Positions 46,900-55,663 of a DNA stretch of 64,000 nt are shown here, in pieces (position 1 is the stretch's first letter; every line of letters starts with the position of its first letter). The stretch is taken from the IMG/VR virus record IMGVR_UViG_3300020202_000061, positions 1-64,000 of that record, one strand, 5' to 3'. Below the pieces are notes generated by a model. That model did not search any database and was not told the origin of the DNA. It worked only from the letters and a program-made list of their open reading frames with translations. The position numbers and the translations under genes are program-made.

Positions 46900-46918
46900 A
46901 GCAAGTCCTCCTTTGTGA

Positions 46919-47149
46919 TTAGCAAGCGACCCTGAAATTGGTCAGGTCGAATGCCGGGGACGACATTGAATGAAGCTCATTGAGCTTATCCTGATGTTCT
47001 TGATCTCCCATGCTCGGGTCAATCTCGTGATAGAACACCATATTCAGATGCTTGCGAATCAATTCTACCTGCTTCGCGTTGAGTTCGACTTCAGGCTCGG
47101 AAAGTTCGAAGAAACCCTGGAGCCAATAACAGAAATCACGACTTGTCAT
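46919..47149 (-). CDS. Hypothetical protein
   Basis: FCYWLQGFFEL..QVELIRKHLNMVF, a common phage motif. Confidence 0.7.
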   Translation of the reverse strand: MTSRDFCYWLQGFFELSEPEVELNAKQVELIRKHLNMVFYHEIDPSMGDQEHQDKLNELHSMSSPAFDLTNFRVAC

Positions 47150-47201
47150 GGTTTAACCCCTTTGCATAGGAGATATGCAAAGGGGTTAGACTAATCAAGT
47201 C

Positions 47202-48260
47202 TTAACGAAAATATCTGGTCCAAACGTGGCGAGATTTTCTGTTGTATTCGAGCAGTCCGTGGAGGCTGGGGTTCCAGCAAGGAATCCAATTCTGAACGAA
47301 CCACGCGAGGCTCATACGACCAAGAATGCCCCAGAACCGAGTGGGCTCGGCCTTGAACCAGGAACTGGCCCACTGAATCTCAGAACTCACCACGACCGGC
47401 ACGCCCTGGCTAACAAAGTCGGCGGCCGTGATGTTGAAGCTCTCGGAGAAGCTTACCTGGAGTCCCATGTCCATGTGACGAACCAGCTTGAGAAACTCCT
47501 CATGATCAAGCCAATCATGCTCAACCAATTTGCTATCGGGAGTCGCTGCAAACAACGCACGGAGGTTCTTCAGAATAGGTTCACCACGACCCTCAACGCG
47601 ACCCACATTGATGTGGAAGTGAAGCGGCTTACCCAGAAGTCTCGCGAATTTAATCGCGGCCATTGCCTGCATCAGATGGTTCTTGAGTGGACGAATCGCC
47701 CCGAAGCAACCGATGTCGATGTGTTTGGTCTCGCGGTGCTTGCGGGGCTTCTTCGTCACCGGATAGTAATTGGGCAGGTAGACCACACGTTGATCAACCT
47801 CAGCACACCGCATACCCAGGGTGTCTTGAGCGAGGAATCTGATCTCCTCATTGGTACGTTCGGAGTTCCGTGACACCACCACGTTCGGACGTTTCAGATA
47901 TTCCACGATCCAATTCATCACGTTGCCCTCGTTGGCGAGGAACGGAATCTCCGAATGATTGCGGATAATCCAGGTCACGTCTGGATGCAACTTGGTGAGG
48001 ATGTCAAACTTCTCCGGCACTACCCAGAATGCCTCGATGATCACGTGGGTCGGCTTGTATTGGGAGACCTCGCGGTCGATCCGATTGTTGTCCACGACCT
48101 GGACCAGCTTAGACTCGATGCCATTTCGTACGAGCATGTCATTGACGAATCGAGCCGAATTGAAAAGGCCCGAACTCAAATGGATCGCCGTCTCTCCCTG
48201 ATAGGAGTGACGCAGCTTCAAAATGAACAGAACACGCTTTTTCACGGGCAAACTTCTCAA
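47202..48260 (-). CDS. Glycosyltransferase (GT-B, GT4-like), late
   Basis: GCFGAIRPLKN, QVSFSESFNITAAD..GVPVV; TAAATA at 48273. Confidence 0.75.
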   Translation of the reverse strand: MRSLPVKKRVLFILKLRHSYQGETAIHLSSGLFNSARFVNDMLVRNGIESKLVQVVDNNRIDREVSQYKPTHVIIEAFWVVPEKFDILTKLHPDVTWIIRNHSEIPFLANEGNVMNWIVEYLKRPNVVVSRNSERTNEEIRFLAQDTLGMRCAEVDQRVVYLPNYYPVTKKPRKHRETKHIDIGCFGAIRPLKNHLMQAMAAIKFARLLGKPLHFHINVGRVEGRGEPILKNLRALFAATPDSKLVEHDWLDHEEFLKLVRHMDMGLQVSFSESFNITAADFVSQGVPVVVSSEIQWASSWFKAEPTRFWGILGRMSLAWFVQNWIPCWNPSLHGLLEYNRKSRHVWTRYFR

Positions 48261-48342
48261 AGGATTTGCCCGTATTTAACTGGCTCAGGGATAAGACAAC
48301 ACGCCTGTCAAAGTCACAGTTTTGTCACTAACTTCAATAGGT

Positions 48343-48585
48343 TCAGAGCCCACCGGTCTCGTGGATGTGACGCTCCAAATCACCCGAATCGGGCCACTTC
48401 ACAGCATGGGCTCGTTCCGTAAACACCCACCATGCAGCGCGAATGCGCTCCTTTAGGGTGCCCGGATATGGAACTGGGACTGCACGGACATATCGGCCAT
48501 CCGGAAGTCCAGCTTGGGCGTTTTTCGAACCCAGCATGTCTTCGAGATGGTGGATACCCCAGGGGGTTGGGTCATTGGGCTTCAT
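48343..48585 (-). CDS. Hypothetical protein
   Basis: RIRAAWWVFT.RA.AV.W motif. Confidence 0.6.
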   Translation of the reverse strand: MKPNDPTPWGIHHLEDMLGSKNAQAGLPDGRYVRAVPVPYPGTLKERIRAAWWVFTERAHAVKWPDSGDLERHIHETGGL

Positions 48586-48637
48586 ACCTTGAACTCCTCA
48601 AAACTTCAGACACATTCAAGATTGTCAGGGGGTTTCC

Positions 48638-49588
48638 ATGTTCAAGGCATTCTTCGGTTCCAAAGAGTATAAAATCTGGGCATGGTCCGTTTTGACCCTC
48701 CTTCTCGGGCTTACGGTAGCGCAGGTCTATCTGAACTATCAGTTCAACAATTGGTATGGTGAGTTCTACAACATTCTGGAACAGAAGGATGCAGCCGGAT
48801 TTGGACCCAGCATCTTCAAGTTTTCTTGGATGGCCGGGATCAGCATCCTTCTATCCACGGCCAGTTTCTACGTGTCTCAGCATTTCAGCTTTCGTTGGCG
48901 AGAGGCACTGACCAAGAACTATCTTCCCCGATGGGCTGCGATCACCACCGAGTACTATGAGGGTTCGAGCCAACGTATCCAAGAGGATACTATGAGGTTC
49001 GCTCGAATCCTGGAGAGTCTTGGTCTGGGCACGTTCAAGGCAGTGCTCACACTAATCGCGTTCATCCCAATGCTTTGGGGATTTTCTGCGGTGGTGAAGA
49101 TTCCCTACTTCGACGTACCGGGCTCTTTGGTGTGGATCGCATTGGTCACCAGCATTGGTGGTATGATTATCTCATGGTTCGTCGGCTATCGCTTACCCCG
49201 CTTGGAATATAACAATCAGAAGGTCGAGGCTGCTTTCCGCAAAGAACTCGTCTACGGTGAGGACAACAAAGCTCAGATAAATGTGGCGAATCTCCTGGAG
49301 CTATTCACGGGAGTTCGTACCAACTACTTCGCCCTGTTCAACGCCTACAAGTGGTTCACAGTATGGCAGACCTTCTACTTCCAGGCCGCCATCATCCTAC
49401 CGTTTCTGGTGGGTGCACCTAGCTTCTTTGCCGGTGTGATCACGTTGGGAGTGTTGGTCCAGATCAGCAACGCCTTCGATAAGGTCCACGGCAGCTTCAG
49501 TTACTTTCTGGATAATTGGCTCAGTGTGAACGAATTGCGTTCGATCAACCGCCGTTTGAATGAATTCGAATCAGTTCTTCCGGAGTAA
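48638..49588 (+). CDS. SbmA/BacA-like inner-membrane peptide transporter (no ATPase domain)
   Basis: NNWYGEFYN, FRWREALT, EGSSQRIQEDT, YNNQKVEAAFRKELVYGED, QISNAF.KV, ELRSI..RL..FE. Confidence 0.85.
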   Translation: MFKAFFGSKEYKIWAWSVLTLLLGLTVAQVYLNYQFNNWYGEFYNILEQKDAAGFGPSIFKFSWMAGISILLSTASFYVSQHFSFRWREALTKNYLPRWAAITTEYYEGSSQRIQEDTMRFARILESLGLGTFKAVLTLIAFIPMLWGFSAVVKIPYFDVPGSLVWIALVTSIGGMIISWFVGYRLPRLEYNNQKVEAAFRKELVYGEDNKAQINVANLLELFTGVRTNYFALFNAYKWFTVWQTFYFQAAIILPFLVGAPSFFAGVITLGVLVQISNAFDKVHGSFSYFLDNWLSVNELRSINRRLNEFESVLPE

Positions 49589-49784
49589 TTTCGCAGAGAT
49601 GACTACCATTTCGGATGCGTTCGAACTCGAAGGGGATTCCGTCGAGTTCATCGATCCGTTGGACCATGTCGATCATGTCCCCGGTTCGTGCGGTCGAGCG
49701 AGCGAATAACAGAATGCGCTTGCCCATCATCGGTCGAGTGAACCACTTCCGAACCTGGGGATCAAACATACGACGATACGTCAT
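49545..49784 (-). CDS. Hypothetical protein
   Basis: GGAG RBS; ORF in gene run. Confidence 0.5.
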   Translation of the reverse strand: MTYRRMFDPQVRKWFTRPMMGKRILLFARSTARTGDMIDMVQRIDELDGIPFEFERIRNGSHLCEITPEELIRIHSNGG

Positions 49785-49803
49785 TGTCTTACTCCCTTAC
49801 TGA

Positions 49804-50034
49804 TCACCAGCCTACAGATCGCCCATACCCTTTGCCATTGGTTCGATCCTCAATCAGACCCGTATTATGATCCAACGCATATTGAGCATCTTCCCAGGTC
49901 GGGAACATGATCACGAATTGGATCACTGCCAGTGGGGTCTCCTCAGTCTGTGTGAGGCCGTATTTGAAGCCTTCGAAGAAGACATCGGCAAACTCGGCTC
50001 CGTGATGGGGATTGATCGCGTGAATATAGTACAT
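49804..50034 (-). CDS. Hypothetical protein
   Basis: TGATG-coupled start MYYIH. Confidence 0.5.
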   Translation of the reverse strand: MYYIHAINPHHGAEFADVFFEGFKYGLTQTEETPLAVIQFVIMFPTWEDAQYALDHNTGLIEDRTNGKGYGRSVGW

Positions 50035-50348
50035 CAGGGATACTCGTTCTTCCTGATCATCGCGGCCATCCTTTGAAGAAGTTGTGCCTCCATCTGCCAA
50101 CGACGATCTGCTTCTTCATCCTTGAGTCGCCAGTAGTTCTTCCGGATGTAATCCTCGATCTTCTTGGCGTTGCGCTCGCGCTCGTCCAGGATCGCGCTGT
50201 TGATCTTAGCCTCCTCGGGTTGGCGCTTGGTCAGGCTCCAGCACTGACGGGCGCACTCCTCCTTCCAGTACCACCCACACCCGCATACCTTGTCGGGGTT
50301 GGTCAGGAGAGAACGAACATGCGCTTCCTGCTCCTCATTGAGACTCAT
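50034..50348 (-). CDS. Hypothetical protein (Cys-rich N-terminus)
   Basis: CGCGWY..EC..C; coupled to neighbours. Confidence 0.6.
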   Translation of the reverse strand: MSLNEEQEAHVRSLLTNPDKVCGCGWYWKEECARQCWSLTKRQPEEAKINSAILDERERNAKKIEDYIRKNYWRLKDEEADRRWQMEAQLLQRMAAMIRKNEYP

Positions 50349-50725
50349 TCATCACTCCAGGAATAGAACGGGCAGGAACGACCGGACTTCTCTGGCTCGC
50401 CCTCGATGCGTTGCGGGCAGAAACGCCAGATACATTCTCCATCGTTGTTGGATTGACACTGCTTGTGATCTGGACCCGGTTCGGGTTTCGAATAAGGCCA
50501 TTCTGGTGCAGAGGGGTCCTGCGGCACACCCGTATAGGGATTGCGCCCGACCGGTAATTCGGTCAGAACCAACTGACCGTCATTCTGTCTGATCGCCTTG
50601 GTCAACCTGATCACAAGCGCGGCATCATCCGGATACAGAAGCTTTCCTATTCTGCGGATGATACGTTCGCGCTCATCTGCTCGAATGTCAGCTTCGGAGT
50701 TGAGAACCTTGGGATCGTAAGTCAT
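50345..50725 (-). CDS. Hypothetical protein (Cys-rich C-terminus)
   Basis: C..DGEC.W..CPQ..R.CP. Confidence 0.6.
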   Translation of the reverse strand: MTYDPKVLNSEADIRADERERIIRRIGKLLYPDDAALVIRLTKAIRQNDGQLVLTELPVGRNPYTGVPQDPSAPEWPYSKPEPGPDHKQCQSNNDGECIWRFCPQRIEGEPEKSGRSCPFYSWSDE

Positions 50726-51000
50726 CAGGGTCGTTGTTGGAGAGGTGAATCGGCGCAGGTCGATTCATACCCGCTAATGATCTGCCCCAACTGGAACGGC
50801 CAGTACAGAGGCCAATAAAATGAGGCTATTAAATCACCACCACCCCCATAAGAACGTTCGTTCGGGTAGATCGAATTGCAGTCGGGATCATAACGCACGA
50901 CATACGAGTTGGTTAGACCCGCGACCATCATATAGAATACAAACCCGATGACCGCCTTGGGCCAGAAATTCTCCCTGATATAACCGATCATTTCTTCCAA
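50725..51000 (-). CDS. Small membrane protein
   Basis: TM segments, FYWPLYWP. Confidence 0.5.
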   Translation of the reverse strand: MEEMIGYIRENFWPKAVIGFVFYMMVAGLTNSYVVRYDPDCNSIYPNERSYGGGGDLIASFYWPLYWPFQLGQIISGYESTCADSPLQQRP

Positions 51001-51371
51001 TCCCCACCAATAATCTTCTCGATGTCAGGTGCATTGCTTTCAGGTTCAGGCTGCTTCTTTCGGAACCACTCACAGGGACTCGTGAGGGCTCGACGGCTGA
51101 AAAACTCACTCAACGGATCGTAATAGGTTTGAATGAGCAGTCCTGTTACCACCAAGAGAATTGGAAACAACCAGAGCAGTCCGAGCCACATCATGAGCAG
51201 ACCCAGAAAAAGATGACCCACTGTGATGGACCGACATTGTTCGTGTTCCAACTTCTCAAAGAGTTGGTACGCGACATGCCAGAGCACGTAGCCCGACAAT
51301 AACCAAATGAATAGAAACGTCCACATGGAAACCCCCAGACCCGTATATGGGAAGGGTTTGGGAAATTCCAA
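50988..51371 (-). CDS. Membrane protein
   Basis: 2-3 TM segments; start uncertain. Confidence 0.5.
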   Translation of the reverse strand: MEFPKPFPYTGLGVSMWTFLFIWLLSGYVLWHVAYQLFEKLEHEQCRSITVGHLFLGLLMMWLGLLWLFPILLVVTGLLIQTYYDPLSEFFSRRALTSPCEWFRKKQPEPESNAPDIEKIIGGDWKK

Positions 51372-51373
51372 GA

Positions 51374-52387
51374 TCAGATCGTGACGATAGTCGCACCCTC
51401 CAGGTGTTCGAGAATCGAATGGAATGCCTTGTTCAAGTCATCCTCTATCTGTTTGACCATTTTTGAGATTTTCGTAATCCAACGTTTGTTTGACAATGCC
51501 ACCTGCAACGTCTTGGGTACGTTCTGACCCCAGAAACCCGAGCTTCTCGCGCGGGTCATCCAAGTTTCCGGACCCTGTAAGGTGACACGACCCTGAATAA
51601 TAAACTGAGCCATGCATTCGATCAGGAATTCCGAATCCTGCAATGTCCCATCTCGGGCCGAACGAAATCCGCCCATAAGCTTCTGAACCATCCCTTTCCA
51701 GTAAAGCGGACTGGTATAGTTGCGGTCTAATGGATCGATGAGCTTACCCAGGGTGTCTTGAACACCACGACTTGAAGCGATTCGGACAAGTTCAGCAACG
51801 ATCTTCGAAGTCATCTGATTGGCACCGGCCACATCATTTTCCTGGTTGATGCTATCGTGGGCGAACTCACCCTGGGAGACTGCATCAAAAATACCATGGG
51901 CAATGCGATGGGCGACGATCCACGGAGTCATCGGAATCTTACTCGGACCAGGATTGGCATTCCGTTTGAAAATCATCCGGATTGCTTTGGGCCGAGACGG
52001 AATCAGACCGAACTCATTGTATTTGCCATGCTCGGTCCAGAACACATTGGGTACCGTGTTGAGTAGCTGAGAAAACTCGTTCTCCATATGCTCGACTGGA
52101 TTCTTTGGTGCATCTGGATCATAAGGGTTCTCTTTATAAGAGAAATCATCACCCTGATCGTATTCACCCTCCAACCCATCCAAATTGGAATCCCGATTAT
52201 CCATGTAGATGTCGAAGATAAAGGGAGTGCGCCGAAACGCACGGCCGAGCTTCTCCACATAGCTGGGTTGCTTCATCATCTTCATTTCGGGCGCACGAAA
52301 CCGGACGGGTTCGTCGTTGAATCCCTGAAGATGGAAGTTTCCGAGTGGGGTCTCGAAAAGCGGATTTGTTAAATCTTTCAAGCGCAT
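51374..52387 (-). CDS. Stand-alone HRxxH-domain protein, late, with MRLKDL..LFE leader
   Basis: Start reassigned to ATG 52387, 5 nt after TAAATA; TPLGNF, MTPWIVAHRIAH, SARDG..EFLIECMAQF..GRV; homologous to the C-domains of the 7448 and 9097 genes. Confidence 0.75.
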   Translation of the reverse strand: MRLKDLTNPLFETPLGNFHLQGFNDEPVRFRAPEMKMMKQPSYVEKLGRAFRRTPFIFDIYMDNRDSNLDGLEGEYDQGDDFSYKENPYDPDAPKNPVEHMENEFSQLLNTVPNVFWTEHGKYNEFGLIPSRPKAIRMIFKRNANPGPSKIPMTPWIVAHRIAHGIFDAVSQGEFAHDSINQENDVAGANQMTSKIVAELVRIASSRGVQDTLGKLIDPLDRNYTSPLYWKGMVQKLMGGFRSARDGTLQDSEFLIECMAQFIIQGRVTLQGPETWMTRARSSGFWGQNVPKTLQVALSNKRWITKISKMVKQIEDDLNKAFHSILEHLEGATIVTI

Positions 52388-52403
52388 GCCCATATTTAGG
52401 GCA

Positions 52404-52592
52404 TCATCCCTCCTTGGGATTTTCAAATACTATACCGACTGGACCCCGTTCGACCGGCTTCATCCAGTTCGCAGGATGTTGATCCCTCCTGGATGCGACC
52501 TTCCAACACCTCCAGGTCTCGAATTCCTTACAGCGCTCGACCGGGATCAAGAACCAGTTGCCGCTAAAATCATTGCGGAGGCAAAATTTCAT
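52404..52592 (-). CDS. Hypothetical protein
   Basis: D.SG.W.LIP..F..W..FENP motif. Confidence 0.5.
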   Translation of the reverse strand: MKFCLRNDFSGNWFLIPVERCKEFETWRCWKVASRRDQHPANWMKPVERGPVGIVFENPKEG

Positions 52593-52785
52593 TTGATTGT
52601 TCCGGGTAGTATTGGACTAGGGTATCACAACGCTCACAGTCGTAGAAATGGCAGGTGCGACCGGCGTGATGAACCTCGATCATCCCACCACAATGAATCT
52701 CGGTCTTGGACGGGATATGGATGACGTGCAGACGATCCCCTTTCTGGTGGAGACCAAACCAACACAGAAGATCGCCCCAGTTCAT
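52570..52785 (-). CDS. Small Cys/His protein
   Basis: LLCWFGLH..CERC. Confidence 0.55.
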   Translation of the reverse strand: MNWGDLLCWFGLHQKGDRLHVIHIPSKTEIHCGGMIEVHHAGRTCHFYDCERCDTLVQYYPEQSNEILPPQ

Positions 52786-53015
52786 TTCAACACCTGGGCT
52801 AGGGCGTCGTTGGGGTTCTCCGCTACCACGCAGTAGGCGACGGCCCCACCAGCACCCCATTCGGCCGCAAAAGGCGCGGCAAAGTGGATGGCATCGTTCT
52901 GGCAGATAGCCATGCCGTTGGCCTCAACCTCGGCCTGGAGCCACGATCCAGCCGTGATCATGGTGTCCTGTGGTTCCGAGTAGAACAGGGTGACGACCAG
53001 ATAGACAATTTTCAT
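52782..53015 (-). CDS. Small exported two-Cys family protein
   Basis: MKIVYLVVTLFYSE..C..GAGGAVAYCV. Confidence 0.6.
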   Translation of the reverse strand: MKIVYLVVTLFYSEPQDTMITAGSWLQAEVEANGMAICQNDAIHFAAPFAAEWGAGGAVAYCVVAENPNDALAQVLK

Positions 53016-53251
53016 GGCAGCAGAAACCTTTCCACGAGTCCATCCCAAAATCGCCCCAGCGGACCTCGTGCCTCCGGTAGGGTCTCGACGAGTTCTAGCC
53101 ATTCGGGCCATTCTTCAAGAGCATCCCCATCGCCCTCATACCATGCGCGGAGAAACTCCATGCCGTCCCAGCGATCACTCTGCTCAAAGGCGAATCTCAT
53201 CGCCTCCAAAGCCTCATCCTTCTTGGTGCCGATCAACATCCTTGACCTCAT
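53012..53251 (-). CDS. Hypothetical protein
   Basis: EFLRAW.EG..EEWPE motif; true start may be further upstream. Confidence 0.55.
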   Translation of the reverse strand: MRSRMLIGTKKDEALEAMRFAFEQSDRWDGMEFLRAWYEGDGDALEEWPEWLELVETLPEARGPLGRFWDGLVERFLLP

Positions 53252-53337
53252 CCGTCAGTAGAATCTCATCCGTGACCCAGTCGTCCTCGATCTGAGGAGC
53301 GCTCGCTCGAAGTCCCGGAAATGTCTCTTCCAGAAAC

Positions 53338-53550
53338 TTACGGTGGACTACTCGGTCGATTCACCCACCAGAGCCACCAATCATGATTGACCCAGTTCAG
53401 GGCCTTCTCCAGATTGTGTCTCCAGGTGTTGTGCCAGCTTCCGGTCAGACAGAGATCGCAATCATCACGGCTGCGTTGGTGGGCCGAGCAGATTGAATAG
53501 TATCGCTCATGCCACCACAATCGACCGCGCTCTTTGAGAAGGAACCCCAT
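53338..53550 (-). CDS. Small Cys/His protein
   Basis: SICSAH..DCDLC..G.W. Confidence 0.55.
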   Translation of the reverse strand: MGFLLKERGRLWWHERYYSICSAHQRSRDDCDLCLTGSWHNTWRHNLEKALNWVNHDWWLWWVNRPSSPP

Positions 53551-54065
53551 CAGTTGTCGAACCAGAATACGAGTCGGACTTCTTGTCCATGCCACTCAAG
53601 CTCTTTCATCGCACCGAGCAGCCCCCAGTATCCCACCGAGATATGACTCGGATTAATCCTACCCAAGACCTGAGCTAACTCATCTGTGGTGATCCAAGAG
53701 TGTGTGTGCCAGTCCGGATGCTCGACCTTCTCCGGCGTTCCATCCTCTTTGTAGATGATTTTGTGCCCGTATTTGACCCACTCCTCCGCTTTCTCTCGGG
53801 TAGTGTATCCTTCCATATCCTTGTATTCGTCATTGATCCGGAGGTAGTAGTCACCCGCTGTTTCCCAACTCATATCCTCGGGAACTCCACGTGGCTCCAC
53901 CACAGGTTCGGTGCTGGAACGAACTCCAGCGAGATGACCAAACACCTCGTAGTTTCGACCAGGATAGATGCGAGACCAACCCGTCCACTGGATTACTCCA
54001 TCCTGAGGTTTCCACTCAGGATTCGGATCACGGTATTCAAGATAGCAATGGATGTCACAGCCCAT
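53550..54065 (-). CDS. Conserved phage hypothetical protein
   Basis: MGCDIH, RNYEVFGHLAGVR, PRGVPED, HTHSW, RLVFWFDN. Confidence 0.8.
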   Translation of the reverse strand: MGCDIHCYLEYRDPNPEWKPQDGVIQWTGWSRIYPGRNYEVFGHLAGVRSSTEPVVEPRGVPEDMSWETAGDYYLRINDEYKDMEGYTTREKAEEWVKYGHKIIYKEDGTPEKVEHPDWHTHSWITTDELAQVLGRINPSHISVGYWGLLGAMKELEWHGQEVRLVFWFDN

Positions 54066-54110
54066 CAGGGTCTCCTGGTAAACCACAAGTATATGGGGAA
54101 ACCACAGGAA

Positions 54111-54142
54111 AAGTAAAGGGGCCAGACCGAAGCCTGACCCCT
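54111..54142 (-). terminator. Intrinsic terminator
   Basis: AGGGGTCAGGC-TTCG-GTCTGGCCCCT-TTACTT on the minus strand. Confidence 0.75.
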
Positions 54143-54168
54143 GCGTTACCCTCCGAAGGCAATCTTAC

Positions 54169-54438
54169 TTAGGGATGATACTCGCGTTCCCTCATGGTTT
54201 CGAAGACGTAGACGTTTCGCGGTGTCACCACGATCTGAAGAAGCGCTGCGATAGCCGCACTCTCGGCCTCATCCAGAGCATAATCATAGAGGGGTGGATT
54301 ATCCGGGATATTCCCAACACGGATCGCTTCCTGAAGCTTATCCTCAGGAATTAACACGTCCCGGAGGAATCGACCAGCCCCGTTGTATTCGGCAAACCAA
54401 TACTCGATTCGTTGTCCAAGCACTTCCATCGGAACCAC
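54169..54438 (-). CDS. Hypothetical protein
   Basis: 89 aa ORF between two terminators. Confidence 0.55.
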   Translation of the reverse strand: MVPMEVLGQRIEYWFAEYNGAGRFLRDVLIPEDKLQEAIRVGNIPDNPPLYDYALDEAESAAIAALLQIVVTPRNVYVFETMREREYHP

Positions 54439-54444
54439 CCTAGA

Positions 54445-54567
54445 ATAAACCCCAGGGGTTTCCCCCTGGGGCCTAGACCGGGTTCGCCCCGGCCGGAGAT
54501 GACTGCTCTCTCAATCGTCAAGTTCTAGTCCATGCCCTTAAGAGAGGGGCATCGGGTTTGAACTTCC
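54445..54567 (-). ncRNA. Candidate structured RNA with complementary loops, ending in an intrinsic terminator
   Basis: Promoter TTGACA-N16-TAATAT (54599-54572); three stems; loops CUCUCUUAA and UUGAGAGAG; terminator CCCCAGGGG-GAAA-CCCCUGGGG-UUUAUU. Confidence 0.6.
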
Positions 54568-54595
54568 AGGAATATTAGGGTATTCCCGGAATTTG

Positions 54596-55663
54596 TCAAG
54601 CACCAATACCCTTGTCCTGAATGAATTGTTTTGTCGCCAACCACCAGGGTCTGTTGTAGTCGAACTGTGGTGATCCACTGGCCATCGTCCAGATGACGAT
54701 TCCGTCAGCAGCACCACCATTGGCAGTGAGATCATCGAAGCCGACGCGCAACATCTCGTACCACGCCTCATATCCGAACTGACCCGCCGGAGCGTGAATA
54801 TCCTCGGCTACCCTCTTGTGCGGAGTATAGACCGGATAGCACGGAATCGACGGACGCAGACGACGGCACTCCGAGATCATGTCCTTGCAATAACGAGCCC
54901 AGCTATTCTGGGCATTAGCCGTGGACGGCGTATTCACATCCTGTGCGGTCACGTTGTCGTCGTGATGATCCACAAGGGAATAGACGGACGGGCAGAAGAA
55001 ATCCACCGCGTTCGCAATCCGCATCAACGCGTTGTTCTTTGCCTGCCACGTTGCGGTACGTGCCGCGACATCCGTATTGAGATGGTTGAGACTACGGATC
55101 GGAACCTCACCGTAATAACCGATCTTCAGACCGGGCCAATCCGTGCGGAAGCAATCCAACACGTCCAGATGGTACTGGATATTCTGCTGCAACACGGTAC
55201 CGGTCGTGTCCTGAAGCTTCCAATGTTCGATATCGATGATGAGATGTGTCAGACCAGGATTCTGATTCTTCCACTTCGGAATCATCGTGTTCTTGATGTA
55301 GGTCTTGTTCGGAACTGAATGATCCGAGGTCGGCCAAAACTCTGACTCGTAGGCGATCTTAAACTTGCGTAGACCAAACCGAGTGAGGTCTGGGCTTCCA
55401 GGAAAACGCATCGAATCATAAATCTTGAAACGACCCTTGCGGGTGAGCGCCTTGAGTTCGGCGATGAGTGCATTCGCCGATGCAAGATTAGCCGTCAGTG
55501 TGGCATTGGCCGTGACGAGCGAACTGTTCTGTGTGGTCAGTGCAGTGTTCTGCGCGGTAAGTGTCCCAATCTGGGTCTGTGCCGCATTCAAGTTGATTTG
55601 GAATTGCGTGTAATCGGCATCAACCAAAGCCAATAGTGCACGAATATCATCAGTGTGACTCAT
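54596..55663 (-). CDS. Coiled-coil + glycoside hydrolase-like TIM barrel (hyaluronidase GH56-like motifs), late
   Basis: Heptad N-terminus; IIDIEHW, KIGYYG, DFFCPSVY, DGIVIW; TAAATA at 55703. Confidence 0.6.
   Translation of the reverse strand: MSHTDDIRALLALVDADYTQFQINLNAAQTQIGTLTAQNTALTTQNSSLVTANATLTANLASANALIAELKALTRKGRFKIYDSMRFPGSPDLTRFGLRKFKIAYESEFWPTSDHSVPNKTYIKNTMIPKWKNQNPGLTHLIIDIEHWKLQDTTGTVLQQNIQYHLDVLDCFRTDWPGLKIGYYGEVPIRSLNHLNTDVAARTATWQAKNNALMRIANAVDFFCPSVYSLVDHHDDNVTAQDVNTPSTANAQNSWARYCKDMISECRRLRPSIPCYPVYTPHKRVAEDIHAPAGQFGYEAWYEMLRVGFDDLTANGGAADGIVIWTMASGSPQFDYNRPWWLATKQFIQDKGIGA

Noticed and set aside
54538-54771. 77 aa minus-strand ORF overlapping the RNA candidate
   Set aside because: Out-of-frame overlap with the glycoside hydrolase gene; no RBS or protein-like features.
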